Part shown: one piece after another, positions 22,928-35,152 of the stretch | Layout of the letters: each line of letters begins with the position of its first letter | Position numbering within the stretch: position 1 is the first letter of the stretch | Assembly (NCBI RefSeq): GCF_963921235.1 | Contig: NC_086097.1 | Location: forward strand, 207,454,001-207,518,000 | Direction of reading: 5' to 3' | From: Mobula hypostoma | Lineage: Eukaryota | Length of the DNA: 64,000 bases | Notes under the pieces: generated by a model | What the model saw: the letters and a program-made list of their open reading frames with translations, nothing else | Database searches by the model: none | Told to the model about the DNA's origin: nothing | Made by a program: the position numbers and the translations under genes

Positions 22928-24463
22928 TCAGGGCTCTCTTGTCTGTTGGGGTGGAGACTTCAGAGATAGCCCGCACCTTAGCTTGCATCGGAGCCAGCTG
23001 CCCCGTCCCACCACAAATCCTATATAAGTGACCTTCGCGTGGCCGAATTCACTTTTTGCGAGGTTCACTGTCAGGCTGGCTTCAAACAGCCGTTTAAACA
23101 GTGCCACACTGTGCTCCTCCCACGTGTCACTCCAGACCACTACATCGCCAATATACGCTTCTGTGTTCTTTAGCCCGTTTGTCGCTAAATTAATCATTCT
23201 ATAGGGGTGTTGCTCACTAGGCTGACCTGATGTGGCAACAGCTCCATGTCCCAGCTCTTTGCATCGCCTCGGGACATCTGGACCTACGTGGGCATGCCGT
23301 TTAATTAGCTCTCTTAGCGGGCCGCTTTGTTCGGGGATTAAAGGACAGAACTCATCAGCAAAGTCGGTCAACACAATAGAGTTCTCCCATCTGGTCAGCA
23401 CCACACTTATCTTTTCCAAATGGGTTTCCCCCTTATCAGGTGGCACCCTAGCCTCATTAATTTTCATGATATCACCAGCTAGATCCGTTTTCTGATCGTG
23501 GTGAGCTTTTAACATGTTAATAGCCTCTAACTGTGTTAACTCACGTCTATAATAGTCAGTAACATCCTTCCTCCTGTGCAGCCAGTAAAACTCTTTCATG
23601 ATTCCGCCGACTGTTTTCTTCCCCCCAAAATGTCCACCGAGGGGTATCTTGTGGGCCAGGTTAAGAATCTCATCCCCATAAATTTTTGGCACCATCCCCC
23701 ATTCCTCATCTGCGGGCACGGTACTTGGTCTCCCTTTCTTCCTTTGCACTCTCTCCTCCACACAATAGCCTACTGGCTCCCTTTTTAATTCTGCTTCAGA
23801 GAGAGCTGTCTCCGCCGAAACCCTCAGCTCCTCGTCTCGCTCCTGTGCCTGTACAAGTTCCTTCCTGGCTAATGCTAAGTCAGCCTCAACTCCTTCACTT
23901 CCTTCTGTTTCACTATGTTCCTTCTTTTCACTTTCTACCTCCCCCTGGTACAAGGCTGGTAGAAACATCTCAGCTAAATTTACTTTGGCAGACTTTCTGG
24001 ACACTCGCCGAGTCACTGCACAAACGGGATGAACCTGTGAGTCCATGGGCGGGGCCTCAATGCTGGCAGGCTGACTTGTCAATCTCACTGCTGGGTACAC
24101 CTCCCCGCCGGCGAGATCATTACCAAGTAAGACTTCCACGCCTTTCATCGGTAGTTCGGGCCTCACCCCGATCGTGACTGGTCCAGAGACCAAGTCGCTT
24201 TTTAGGTGTATCTGGTGCAGAGGTACTGCCTCAGTCTCTTTCCCAGTGCCTTTTATGACCCTGACTTTCCCAGTCTCGGTCTCTGAACTAAAGACTAACA
24301 CCCTCTTTAATATCAATGACTGACACGCTCCCGTGTCTCTCCAGATCCGTACTGAAACTGGGTTTAACCCTTCCCTCACCGACACCAATCCGGCCGAGAT
24401 AAACCTCTCGCGCCCTTCCTGAACTTTGGCAGACCTCTTCTCTCCTAGCCGTTTGCTTACCAA
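22928..24463 (-). pseudogene. pol: Deleted pol: protease, integrase zinc-binding part, RT fragment
   Basis: RDTGACQSLI and LLGNDLAGG (protease), then LAHKIPLGGHFGGKKT...FYW (IN zinc domain), then HPYRM / AYIGDVVVWSDTWEEH (RT; YIDD altered). Confidence 0.85.
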
Positions 24464-24592
24464 CTCAATACAGCCAGACGGAACTGTCGTTTTTCCTTTT
24501 CCCTTCTCCTTCTTTGGGGCAAAGCACCTGGACGCAAAGTGACTGGCTTTCCCACAATTATAACGTACGACCCCAGGAGACTTCCTACCAGA

Positions 24593-25624
24593 CTACTCCC
24601 GGTCTACCTTATCCTTTTCACTAGTGCCCGGCTTACCTTCTGACTTTTCTGGCGGACTCTCCCCGCCGTCCTGACTACCCTTCTGGTAGCCTTTACTTGG
24701 GGCAGACTTCATTTTATGTGTCAACGCATACTCATCTGCTAACTTAGTAGTTGTGGCTAAAGTGTCTGCCTCTTTCTCATCTAGGTAGGGTCTCATACCC
24801 TCAGGGACACAATCTTTAAACTGCTCAATCAGAATCAGTTGTAGCAGTCTGTCATAATCCCCCTCTACCCCCTTTGAGGAGCACCAACGCTCACAATATG
24901 TCTGCATCTCACGGGCAAACTCTAAATACGTGCGGTCCCACTGCTTCCTCGCATTCCGGAACCTCTGCCAATATGCCTCCGGGACCAACTCATAAATCCT
25001 GAGGATGGCCTCCTTCACCACCTCATACCTCTGGGCATCTTCTGCGGACAAAGCCGAGTAAGCTTGTTGGGCTTTTCCTTTAAGTACACTCTGAAGCAAA
25101 ACAGCCCACTTATCCTTCGGCCAGTCCTGACTTGCAGCAACTTTTTCGAAATGGAGAAAGTACTGATCCACATCGGTATCGTCAAATGGGGGAACCAGCC
25201 TAACCTCCTGGGTCGTCCTGAACCGTCCACCTTGGTTCAGCATGGGCCCCTGCTCTGCCCTTATCTTTAACCTCTCCAGCTCGAATTCCCTTTCCCTCTG
25301 CCTCTCTTCTCGTTGTCGTTCTAACTGTTTCTCTTCGTGTTCTAGCTGCCGTACCCGGAACTCGTGCTCGAGTCTCAGTTTTTCAAGCTGCACCTGTACT
25401 GCGTCTCCACCAGGTTTTCCAATAGATACCACCTCCAGCTCCCCTTGGGGAAACACACCTTTAGACACATAACGCTCTACAATAGCTCTGTGTATCTCCT
25501 CTCTCCTCATTGTCGACTTCCCCTTAACAAGATTCAACCGTTTGGCCACAGCTACCAATTCCACTTTCCTGGCATCCTCTAATGCCTCCGAGGTTGGCGC
25601 CTTTATAATTTCCTCAGCCTCCAT
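24593..25624 (-). CDS. gag: Gag with SCAN-like capsid domain (343 aa)
   Basis: Coiled coil, then RLVPPFDDTDVDQYFLHFEKVA...LKGKAQQAY...YELVPEAYWQRFR...LILIEQFKDCVP; a zinc knuckle remnant (RYNCGKASHFASRC) lies just after the TAG. Confidence 0.85.
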   Translation of the reverse strand: MEAEEIIKAPTSEALEDARKVELVAVAKRLNLVKGKSTMRREEIHRAIVERYVSKGVFPQGELEVVSIGKPGGDAVQVQLEKLRLEHEFRVRQLEHEEKQLERQREERQREREFELERLKIRAEQGPMLNQGGRFRTTQEVRLVPPFDDTDVDQYFLHFEKVAASQDWPKDKWAVLLQSVLKGKAQQAYSALSAEDAQRYEVVKEAILRIYELVPEAYWQRFRNARKQWDRTYLEFAREMQTYCERWCSSKGVEGDYDRLLQLILIEQFKDCVPEGMRPYLDEKEADTLATTTKLADEYALTHKMKSAPSKGYQKGSQDGGESPPEKSEGKPGTSEKDKVDRE

Positions 25625-28600
25625 TTCTGCTGTTTGCCTTTTCTTTCTTTCGGGAATTTTAAACCAATCAATTTACCCCATCCCAAATTAACGTTCAAAA
25701 TCGCGGACGAGAACCCCAATTATGTTACATACCCCGTAACTGCGTTGCCAAACCAGCAGAAATGGACCACTTAGTTGGAGTCTGGATTACTGGAACTAAG
25801 AAAGTTTTATTAAAGAAATAAGCAACACAGTACTCTAATCAAAAGGATATAAATGCAACAGTTTAGCAATGATAAAATACACATGTACACAGAACTAGGA
25901 TAATAGGATCAATCAAGCTCTATCGCAATCTAGGGGTAAATGATCAGTTTCAAGTGACTCAAAGTTCAGTTCAATTTAGTTCAGTTCAGTTCGCAGTAAT
26001 CGCTGTTGTGCTGTTGGGGCGGGGAGAAGAGAGAGAGCGAAAGCGAATGAATATTCAAAACGGATTCCAAACAGACCTTCGATATTCCTCGCAGTTAGCT
26101 TTCGGGCGAGCCCTTTGTAATGTCTTCTGAGGTCACCGACTGTGACCCCCTCCGTTCCAGATACGATCGTTCTTCTGCGGTGAACTCGGCACCCAGGCAA
26201 GTGCGGACTCACACACCAGGTTCCCGCCCGACCGTATCTTTCTACCCTGTGCGTCTATGGCTGGTCCCGCGACCTGACCTCCAAGACTCCCACCAACTTG
26301 TGGGGCACACCGCTTCCAGGGTCTCGTTACCTTGTGGTGTCGTGTGTCTGTTGCCTTAGCGAACCTGTCCCTTTTTATCCCCCTGCTGGGGTATCGCCTG
26401 TCCATCAAACTTCAAACAGTTCCTGGTTCAAAGCCACCGGTCTCTGACAATACTCGGAACTGTGTCTCCTTTTCGTTAATCCCTCTCGTCTCTCATTAAC
26501 ATTTCTGAATGTTCCCCCATTGTCCTCTTATCAGCATCAATCTTCTGATCATTTGGTCTGTCGTCACTTTCACAAGATGCATGACAGATATGTCTCACAG
26601 AGGAAGACGTTCTCAAATGGCAGGGGTAGGCAACCATGGTTGATAAAGGAAGTTAAGAACTGCATAAAAGCCAAGGAAAGGGCATATAATGTCGCAAAAC
26701 TGAGTGGGAAATTGGATGATTGGAAGCTTTTAAAATCAAACAACAGGCAACTAAACTAAAAAAGCGATGAGGAGGAAAAATATGAAGTATGAGGGCAGAC
26801 TAGCCAATAATTTAAAGCAGGATACCAACAGTTTTTTCAGTTGTATAAAGAGTAAAAGGGAGGTGAGAGTTGATATTAGACCACTGGAAAATGATGCTGG
26901 TGAGGTAGTAATCAGGGACAAAGAGATAACAGATGAACTTAATGTGTACTTTGCATCTGCCTTCACTGTGGAAGACATTCGCAGAATTCCAGAGGTCTGT
27001 GAGTGTCAGAGAGCAGGAGTAGTGCCATTGATATTACAAAGGAAAATGTGCTGGGCTGACTCAAAGGTTTTAAGGTGAATAAGTTACCTGGGCCAGATGG
27101 ACTACATCCCAGAGTCCTGAGAGAGGTTGCTGATGAGATAGTGGGTGCATTGGTCATGATCTTTCAAGAATCACTTGATTCTGGCATGATCCCAGAGGAC
27201 TGGAAGATTGCAAATGTCACGCCACTCTTTAAGAAGAAAGGAAGGCAAAAGAAAGGAAATTGCAGGCTGGTTACCCTAACCTCAGTGGTTGGGAAAGTGT
27301 TGGAGTCTATTATTAAGGATGAGGTTTTGAGGTACTTGGAGAAAAAAAAGTCAGCATGGTTTCTGTAAAGGGAAAACTTGCCTGACAAATCTGTTAGAGT
27401 TCTTTGAGGAAGTAACAAACAGGGTGAACAAATGAGAGGAAGTAGATGTCATTTACTTGGATTTTCAGAAGGAGTTTGATAAGGTGCTACACATGAGGCT
27501 ATTTAACAAGATAAAATCCTATGGTGTAACAGGAAAGATACTGAATTGAATTGAATTGACTTTATGTCTTACATCCTTCACATATATGAGGAGTAAAAAT
27601 TTTTACGTTACATCTCCATCAAAATGGGCAATGTGCAATCATAGTAATTTATAATAACTTATAGTAAATAGAACAGTCAATGTAACATAGAAATACACTC
27701 AAATCAGCATGAGTTAATCAGTCTGATGGCCTGGTGGAAGAAGCTGTCCTGGAGCCTGTTGGTCCTGGCTTTTATGCTGCGGTACCACTTTCTAGATGGT
27801 AGCAGCTATTATAGATTGTGTTTGGGGTGATTTGGGTCCCCAATGATCCGTTGGGCCCTTTTTTTTACACCTGTCTTTGTAAATATCCCAAATTGTGGGA
27901 AATTCACAACCACAGATGTGCTGGGCTGTCCGCATCACTCTGCAGGATCCTGCGATTAAGGGAGGTACAGTTCCCATAACAGGCAGTGATGCTGCCAGTC
28001 AGGATGTTCTCAATTGTGCTTTGTAAAAAGAGGTCCTTGATGATGTGTATGCCAAGGAACTTAGAGCTGTTTACCCTCTCAACCCCAGGTCTATTGATGT
28101 CAATAGGGGTTAGCTGTCTCCATTCCTTCTGAAATCCACAACTAGCTCCTTTGTTTTTGTGACATTGAGGGAGAGGCTGTTTTCTTGACACCACTGTGTC
28201 AGAGAGATGACTTCTTCTCTGTAGGCCACCTCATGATTGTTTGAGGTTAGGCCAATCAATGTGGTGTCGTCGGTAAATTTAATTAGCAGATTAGAGCTGT
28301 GGGTGACGACACAGTCATAGGTATACAGGAAGTAAAGGAGGGGACTTAGTACACAGCTCTCAGTTCAGGGTCAGAGGGGTGGAATGGAGGGAGCCCATTC
28401 TTAACACCTGCTGGCGATCTGACAGAAAGTCCAGGATCCAGCTGCAGGGTGAAGGCCAAGATTCCTCTTGAGCCTGGATGGAACTATGGTGTTGAATGCT
28501 GAACTGTAGTCCAAGAACAGCATTCTCACATAAGCATCCTGCTTCTCCAGATGTGTAAGGACGGTATGTAGAGCAGTGGCTATTGTGTAATCTGTCGATC

Positions 28601-29244
28601 GGTTGTGTTGGTAGGTGAATTGTAGGGTGCCCAGTTTGGGTGGTAACAAGCTGCAGGTGTAATCCTTGACCAGCCTCTCAAAGCATTTGCTTACTATTGA
28701 GGTGAGTGCGACAGGATGCCAGTCGTTCATGCATGTTACCCTGGTCTTTTTTGGTACAGGGACAATGGTGGATAATTTGAAGCAGGAGGGCGCTCTACAC
28801 TGGGAGATGGAGAGATTAAAAATGTCTGTAAACACACCCGCCAGTTGTGCTGCACACAGCTGAGTACTCGCTCTGCGATGCCATCCTGTCCTGCAGCCTT
28901 GTGACTGGCCACTCATTGGAAACATCTGCATACCTCAGCCTCAGAGATGACCAGGTCGCAAGTTGTAGTGGTGGCATTCCTCGGAGGCTCAGAGTTAGCG
29001 ACATCGAACTGAGCGTAAAAGCAATTGAGCTCATTTAGGAGAGAGGCCACGATGTTTGCAGCACCACTACGTTTGGCTGTGAAGTCTGCGATGGTATGCA
29101 GACCTTGCCACAAGTCACATGTGCTATTTGTTGTGAATTTTGACTCAGTCTTGTCCCTGTACTGGTGTTTCGCAGCCTTGATAGTTTTGCATAGATTGTG
29201 GCTGCTTTTCTTGAGCTCCTGCTGATTGCCGGCGATGTAAGCTC

Positions 29245-29466
29245 TGTGGTAAACCATATATATGTTGTAACTGGGTGTCTGGACACGCCCCTCTGCTGAC
29301 TGCCCCTGTGGCTCCTCCCACATATCCTGTATAAAGGTGTTTCGCCTTGCCCCTCCCCCTCAGTCCGGGGGCAGACACTCACCATGGAGGTCATATTGTA
29401 CAGCGAATAAAAGCCTTTCGGTATTTTACCTAACCTCAGTCTTTTGGAGTTATTGAAGGTGCTTCA
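29245..29466 (+). mobile_element. Solo LTR (222 bp)
   Basis: TG...CA ends, 5-bp TSD AGCTC, TATAAA and AATAAA; homologous to 32365-32592. Confidence 0.9.
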
Positions 29467-29825
29467 AGCTCTATGTCACACAATAAGTGCTGCTCACACA
29501 GAACTATTGATTCAGGGTTTCTGGTTCGAGAAGACCCTGACCGACTTCTAGGGGACAATATCGTCAATGCACTTCTGGATAAAGCACTTGACTCCATCCG
29601 TGAACTTGGACACATCCTCATCATGAAAGGCATTCCAGTCAATATCATCAAAGCAGGTAGACCGATTGGTCGGACCAACAGTGGACGGTTTTTACTGTGG
29701 TGCCTCTTGTTTCTGCTTCTGCCCGTACATTGGGTGAAGCAGGATCAAAGAGTAATCTGATTTTCCAAAAGCTGAGCAAAGGGGTGCTTTGTAAGCATTG
29801 CGGACCGGAGTGAAACAGTGGTCAA

Positions 29826-30818
29826 GGCTGTGTGCTTAACCCATTGCTGTTTAGACTGCTAATACCTGACTGTGCAGCCAGATTCAAGGAGAACAAGATC
29901 ATTAAATTTGCTGATGATACCACAGTGGTGGGGCTCATCAGCAAAAATGATGAAACAACGTACAGGGAGGAGGTCAAACACCTAGAGAGCTGGTGCAGGG
30001 ATAACAACTTGATGCTTAATGTCACTAAAACCAAGGAGATGATCGTCGATTTCAGACGGTCTCAGCCTGAGCATACACCCCTCAGCATCAGCGGCTCCAC
30101 AGTGGAGAGAGTGGAAAACATCAAATTCCTTGGGATGCAGATCTCGAACAATCTCACCTGGTCCAGGAACACCACTGGCATTGTGAAATGGGCCCAGCAG
30201 AGATTGCACTTTCTGAGGAAGCTTAAACAAGCATCACTCCCCACTAACATCTTAACTATATTCTACAGAGGCGTGGTTGAGAGTGTGCTGACCTTTTGCA
30301 TCACAACCTGGTACTCCAGCTGCAGTGCTGTCAACAAAAAAGCCTTGCAGAGGGTGGTTAGGGGAGCAGAGAAGGTTATTGGGGTCTCCCTACCTTCTGT
30401 CCAAGACCTCTTTCAGAATTGATGCCTCCAGAAGACATGGTACATCATTGAAGATCCCTCACACCCTCTCCATGAACTGTTTGTTCTTCTGCCATCAGGC
30501 AAACGTTACAGGAGCATCAAAACTAAAACCACAAGGCTACTAAACAGCTTCCTCCCACAGGCAGTCAGACTGCTAAATAGCTGCTCTACCTGACTCTGCT
30601 TTGGACACTTTTAAGCTGCACTGGACACTTATAACTTGATTTTAACTGACATGCGGCTGTTGTGTTTTACTATTTATTGTTATGTTTATTATTTAGTGTT
30701 GCATTTGTTATGTTATGATTGCACTGCTCCTGGGAAACGCTGTCTCATTCTGCCCTGCAGAGCTGATGTACGGTTAGAATGACAATAAAGTTTTTTGAAT
30801 CTTGAATCTTGAATCTTA
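29826..30818 (+). mobile_element. 5'-truncated Rex1/L2-type LINE
   Basis: ORF 29832-30422 IIKFADDTTVVGLI...LNVTKTKEMIVDFRR; (AATCTTG)n tail. Confidence 0.88.
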
Positions 30819-32364
30819 TCTCCACGAGTGTTCACCTGGATGTGCTGACAAAACTTCGGAGAGACTTTTGTCAGCGATGCTCGATTAAAGTTACTGGTGA
30901 CGATGAGGGCAGACTTTGGGTGTGCAATCTCCAGCACGGTGATGGTCTCGTATAGTCCCTTCAGAGACAGGTCAGTATCAGCCTGCGGTGGAATGTACAC
31001 TGCTGTGATGATAACAGCTGTGAGCTCCCTCGGCAGCCAGTAGGGCCTGCACAGCAGCACCAGGTACTCCAGGTCTGGGGATCAAAAGGATTTGAGTGCA
31101 TTAACATTCTGGGGGACACACCAAGCATTGTTGACCAAGAAGCATACTCCTCCTCCTTTACTCTTCCCAGAGAAGTTTTTTGACCTGTCTGCCTGGAACA
31201 GGGAGAACCCAGAGGGCTTGATAGCATGGTCCGATATCTCGTTCATCAGCCAGGTCTCCACGAAGCACAAAACGTTATATTCCTTTGTTTCCCGCTGGTA
31301 GGAGTTTCTGGCTCTCAGTTCGCACAGCTTGTTGTCCAGGGACTGAATGTTAGCCAGGAGTATGCTAGGAAGCAGCGAACAAATTTGCATGCGCCTCAGC
31401 CTCACCAGGATGCTGGCCCTCCTCCCTCGCCTCTGGCGCTTCTTCCGAGGAAGTGGCAGTGTAAGAGATGAGTCTCTCATGGATTGATGGATCGCGCATG
31501 CAGGGGTTCCCAGTGTAGGAAAGGTGTCACTTAGTGGGTAAATGCCATCTTTCCAATGTGCAGAAGGGTTAGTCTATTGTATCTGATGTGACTATCAGCT
31601 ATTTGAACAGAAAATGTTAAGAAAATTGTAGAAATCGGTCGTATACTGTAGATTTGGAACGGAGCTCGCAACACGGCCACTGTACATAGCACCATCTTGG
31701 GATCTTGGCACAGATAGAGGAATGGCTGATAGGCAGGAGGCAGCAAGTGGGAATTACAGGGGTCTTTTCAGGTCGACTGCCAGTGACTAGTGGTGTTCCT
31801 CAGGGGTCCATTTTGGGACCGCTGCTGTTCAAATGGTTTGTCAATGATCCAGATAAAGGAATTGATACTTTGTGGCAAAGTTTGCAGATGATACAAAGAT
31901 AGGTGGAGGGCTAGGTAGTGCTGATGAAGCACTACGATTGCAGCAGAACTTAGACAAGTTGGAAGAATGGGCAAATAGTGGCAGATGGAGTACAGTGTTG
32001 GGAATGTATGAAAATACGTTTTGGTAAAAGGAACAATAGTGTGGACTGTTATCTAAATGGGGAGAAGGTTCAAACATCAGAGGTACAAACGGACTTAGGA
32101 ATCTTTCTGCAAGACTCCTAGAAGGTTAATTTGCAGGTTGAGTCTGTGTTAAGAAAGACAATTGCGATGTTAACATTCATTTCAAGTGGACTGAAATATA
32201 AAAGCAAGGATGTAATGCTGAGACTTTATAAAGCACTAGTGAAGCCTCACTTGGAGTATTGTAAGTAGTTTTGGGCCCCTTATCTTAGAAAGCATGTGCT
32301 GAAACCGAAGAGAGTTCAAAGGAGGTTCATGAATATCATTCCAGGATTAAACGGCTTGTCATAT

Positions 32365-32592
32365 TGTGGTAAACCATGTATATGTTGTAACTGGGTTAAC
32401 TGTCTGGACACACCCCTCTGCTGACTGCCCCTGTGGCTCCTCCCACAGATCCCTAAATAAAGGTGATTTCGCCTTGCCCCTCCCCCTCAGTCCGGGGGCA
32501 GACACTTAGCATGGAAGTCGTATTGTACAGCGAATAAAAGCCTTTCAGTATTTACCCTACTTCAGTATTTTGGAATTATTGAAGGAGCTTCA
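32365..32592 (+). mobile_element. Solo LTR (228 bp)
   Basis: TG...CA ends, 5-bp TSD CATAT; same family as 29245-29466. Confidence 0.9.
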
Positions 32593-33111
32593 CATATGAA
32601 AACTATTTGATGGCTCTTGGCCTGTATTCACTGGAATTTTGAAGGAGGGGTGACCTAATTGAAACCTATGGAGTGGTGAAATGCCATGATAGTGGGTGCA
32701 GAAAGGATGCTTACTATGGTGGGTGTGTCTAAGACCAGAGGACACAGTCTCAAAATAGAGGGGCATCCATTTAGAATGAAGATGAGCAGGAATTTCTTTA
32801 GGCAGAGTGCAGTGAATCTGTGGAATGCATTGCCACAGGCAACTTTGTATATATTCAAGGCAGAGGTTGAAAGATTCTTGATCAGTCAGGATGTGAAGGG
32901 ATATGGAAGCTTCTGTATCTTATGGTCTTATAACATAAGTGGATAATGTTGTGAAGAGAGTGTACAGCATTTCGCCTTTATCAGTTGGGTCACGGACGAT
33001 AAAAGTTTCTGAGACATGTTGCAATTGTATAACATTTTGGTTGGCCACATTTGGAGTATTGTGTGAAGGCCTTGGAGAGGATGCAGTGCAGGATCTCCAG
33101 AGTACAAAGCA

Positions 33112-33272
33112 CAAGCACAAAAGATTCTGCAGATACTGGAAATCCAGAACAACACACACAAAATGCTGGAGGAACGCAGCAGGTTTTTCCCTGAAATGTC
33201 AACTGTTTATTCCTCTCCATAGATGCTGCCTGACCTGCTGAGTTCCTCCTGCATTTTGTGTGTGTTGCTCAG
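33112..33272. mobile_element. Inverted pair of Penelope terminal fragments inside a CR1 fragment (32935-33320)
   Basis: ACACACACAAAATGCTGGAGGAACGCAGCAGG ... CCTGCTGAGTTCCTCCTGCATTTTGTGTGTGT. Confidence 0.75.
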
Positions 33273-34292
33273 GTTCTCCAAGGAATTGCTTGGATTGGAA
33301 AAGGAGCATTTGGAAGAACTTGTAACCAGAGAAAATCTGTAGAAAATCCTGAGATGTGGTGTGTTCGGAAAAACTTGGTTTGCTTCATCTTTGCCTCTCA
33401 TAGTTATATATAAAACCATAAAACATAGGAGCAGAATTAGGCCATTAGATCCGTCAAGTCTGCTCCGCCATTCAATCATGGCTGATCTTTTTTCCCTTCC
33501 TCAACCCCACTCCCCAGACTTCTCCCCGTGACCTTTGATGCCCTGCCCAATCAAGAGCCTATCGAGCTCAGCCTTTAATGCACTCAACAACCTGGTCTCC
33601 ACAGCTGCCTATGGTAATAAATTCCACAAATTCACCACCCTCTGGCTTAAGAAATTTCTCCACATCTCTGTTTTAAATGGACGCCCCTCAATCCTGAGCC
33701 TGTGCCTTCTTATCCTAGACTTTCTCTCCATGGGAAAACATCCTTTCCACATCTACTTTGTCTGGGTCTTTCACATTTGAAAGGTTTCAATGAGATCCTC
33801 CCTCATCCTTCTAAATTCCAATGAGTACAGAACCAGAGCCATCAAACGCTCCTCATATGATAACCCTTTCATTCCCATATCATCCTTGTGAACCTTCTCC
33901 AATGTTAGCACATCTTTTCTTATGTGAGGGGCCCAAAACAGTTCACAATACTCAAGGTGAGGCCTCACCAGTGCCTTACAAAGCCTCAGCATTACATCCC
34001 TGCTCTTGTAATCTAGATCTCTTGAAACAAATACTAACGTTACATTTGCCTTCCTCACCACTGACTTTACTTGCAAGTTAAGCTTTGGGGTGTTCTGTAC
34101 AAGGACTCTCAAGACCCTTTGCATCTCAGATTTTTGGATTTTCTCCCCATTGAGAAAATATTCTGCACATTTATTTCTACTACTAAAGCGCATGACCATG
34201 CATTTTCCAACATGATATTTCATTTGCCAACTTCTTGCCCATTCTCCTAATCTAAGTCCTTCTGCAACCTATCTGTTTCCTCAAAGCTACCT

Positions 34293-34870
34293 GAGTTTAA
34301 GAGCTGAGAGGTAATGTTGCAGCTATATAGGACCCTGGTCAGAACGCACTTGGAGCACTGTGCTCAATTCTGGTCACCTCACTACAAGAAGGACGTGGAA
34401 ACAATAGAAAGGGTGCAGAGGAGATTTACAAGGATGTTGCCTGGATTGGGGAGCATGCCTTATGAGAATAGGTTGAGTGAACTCGGCCTTTTCTGCTTGG
34501 AGCGATGGAGGATGAGAGGTGACCTGATAGAGGTGTACAAGATAATGACAGGCATTGATCGTGTGGATAGTCAGAGGCTTTCTCCCAGGGTTGAAATGGC
34601 TGGCACAAGAGGGCATAGTTTTAAAGTGCTTGGAAGTAGGTACAGAGGAGATGTCAGGGGTAAGTTTTTTTACGCAGAGAGTGGTGAGTGCGTGGAATGG
34701 GTTGCCGGCGGCAGTGGTGGAGGCGAAAACAATAGGGTCTTTTAAGAGACTCCTGGATGGATACATGGAACTTAGAAAAATAGAGGGCTATAGGTAAGCT
34801 TAGGTAGTTCTTAGGTAAGGACAGCTTTGTGGGCTGAAGGGCCTATATTGTACTGTAGGTTTTCTATGTT
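34293..34870 (+). mobile_element. CR1 3' end inserted antisense in the older CR1
   Basis: ORF 34314-34745 MLQLYRTLVRTHLEHCAQFWSPHYKKD...RMRGDLIEVYKI; TTTCTATGTTT tail. Confidence 0.88.
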
Positions 34871-35152
34871 TACCTGCCCCTCCACCACTCTTCATATAAT
34901 CTACAAGCTTGGCAACAAAACCATCTATTCCATCATCTAAATCATGGATATACAGCATAAAAAGAAATGGTCCCAACTCCGACCCCTGCGGAACACAAGT
35001 AGTCACTGGCAGCCAATCAGAAAAGGATCCTTTTATTCCCACTCACTGCCTCTTACCAATAAGCCAATGCTCTAACCATGTTAGTAACCTTCCTGTAATA
35101 CCATGGGCTCTTAACTTGGTAAGCAGCCTCATGTATGGCACTTTGTCAAAGG

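Larger units (their letters stand above)
21670..26568 (-). mobile_element. Gmr1-type Gypsy LTR retrotransposon, internally deleted, both LTRs present
   Basis: Highly similar LTRs 21670-22514 and 25723-26568; 4-bp TSD TTCA (21666-21669, 26569-26572); tRNA-Pro-like PBS (minus TGGGGTTCTCGTCCGCGA) and PPT (GAAGGATAGGGG). Confidence 0.95.
27544..31705 (-). mobile_element. Near full-length decayed Rex1/Babar-type LINE
   Basis: (TTGAA)n tail at left; RT PVALTSIVSKCFERLVK...YVRMLFLDYSSAFNTIVP; APE LPSILLANIQSLDNKL...FVETWL, YIPPQADT; 5' end AAGATGG at ~31695. Confidence 0.88.
20879..32912 (+). mobile_element. One CR1 ORF2 copy split by nested insertions (pieces 20879-21669, 26573-27543, 31706-32364, 32598-32912)
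   Basis: Reading continues across each insertion: EVVH|KMHDRY, GKIL|AQIEEWLIGRRQ, GLSY|E; APE motifs, then RT (SGVPQGSILGPLLF, KFADDTK), then 3' end in order. Confidence 0.88.

Noticed and set aside
24593..24595. Programmed gag-pol stop readthrough
   Set aside because: The TAG lies before the zinc knuckle rather than after it, and a CAG-to-TAG mutation is simpler; needs the family consensus to exclude fully
24593..25624. Domesticated host SCAN gene
   Set aside because: Enclosed by two similar LTRs with TSD, PBS and PPT, so it is part of a retroelement
29245..32592. Single LTR element carrying LINE cargo
   Set aside because: Each LTR has its own distinct TSD and there is no PBS, PPT or gag-pol between them
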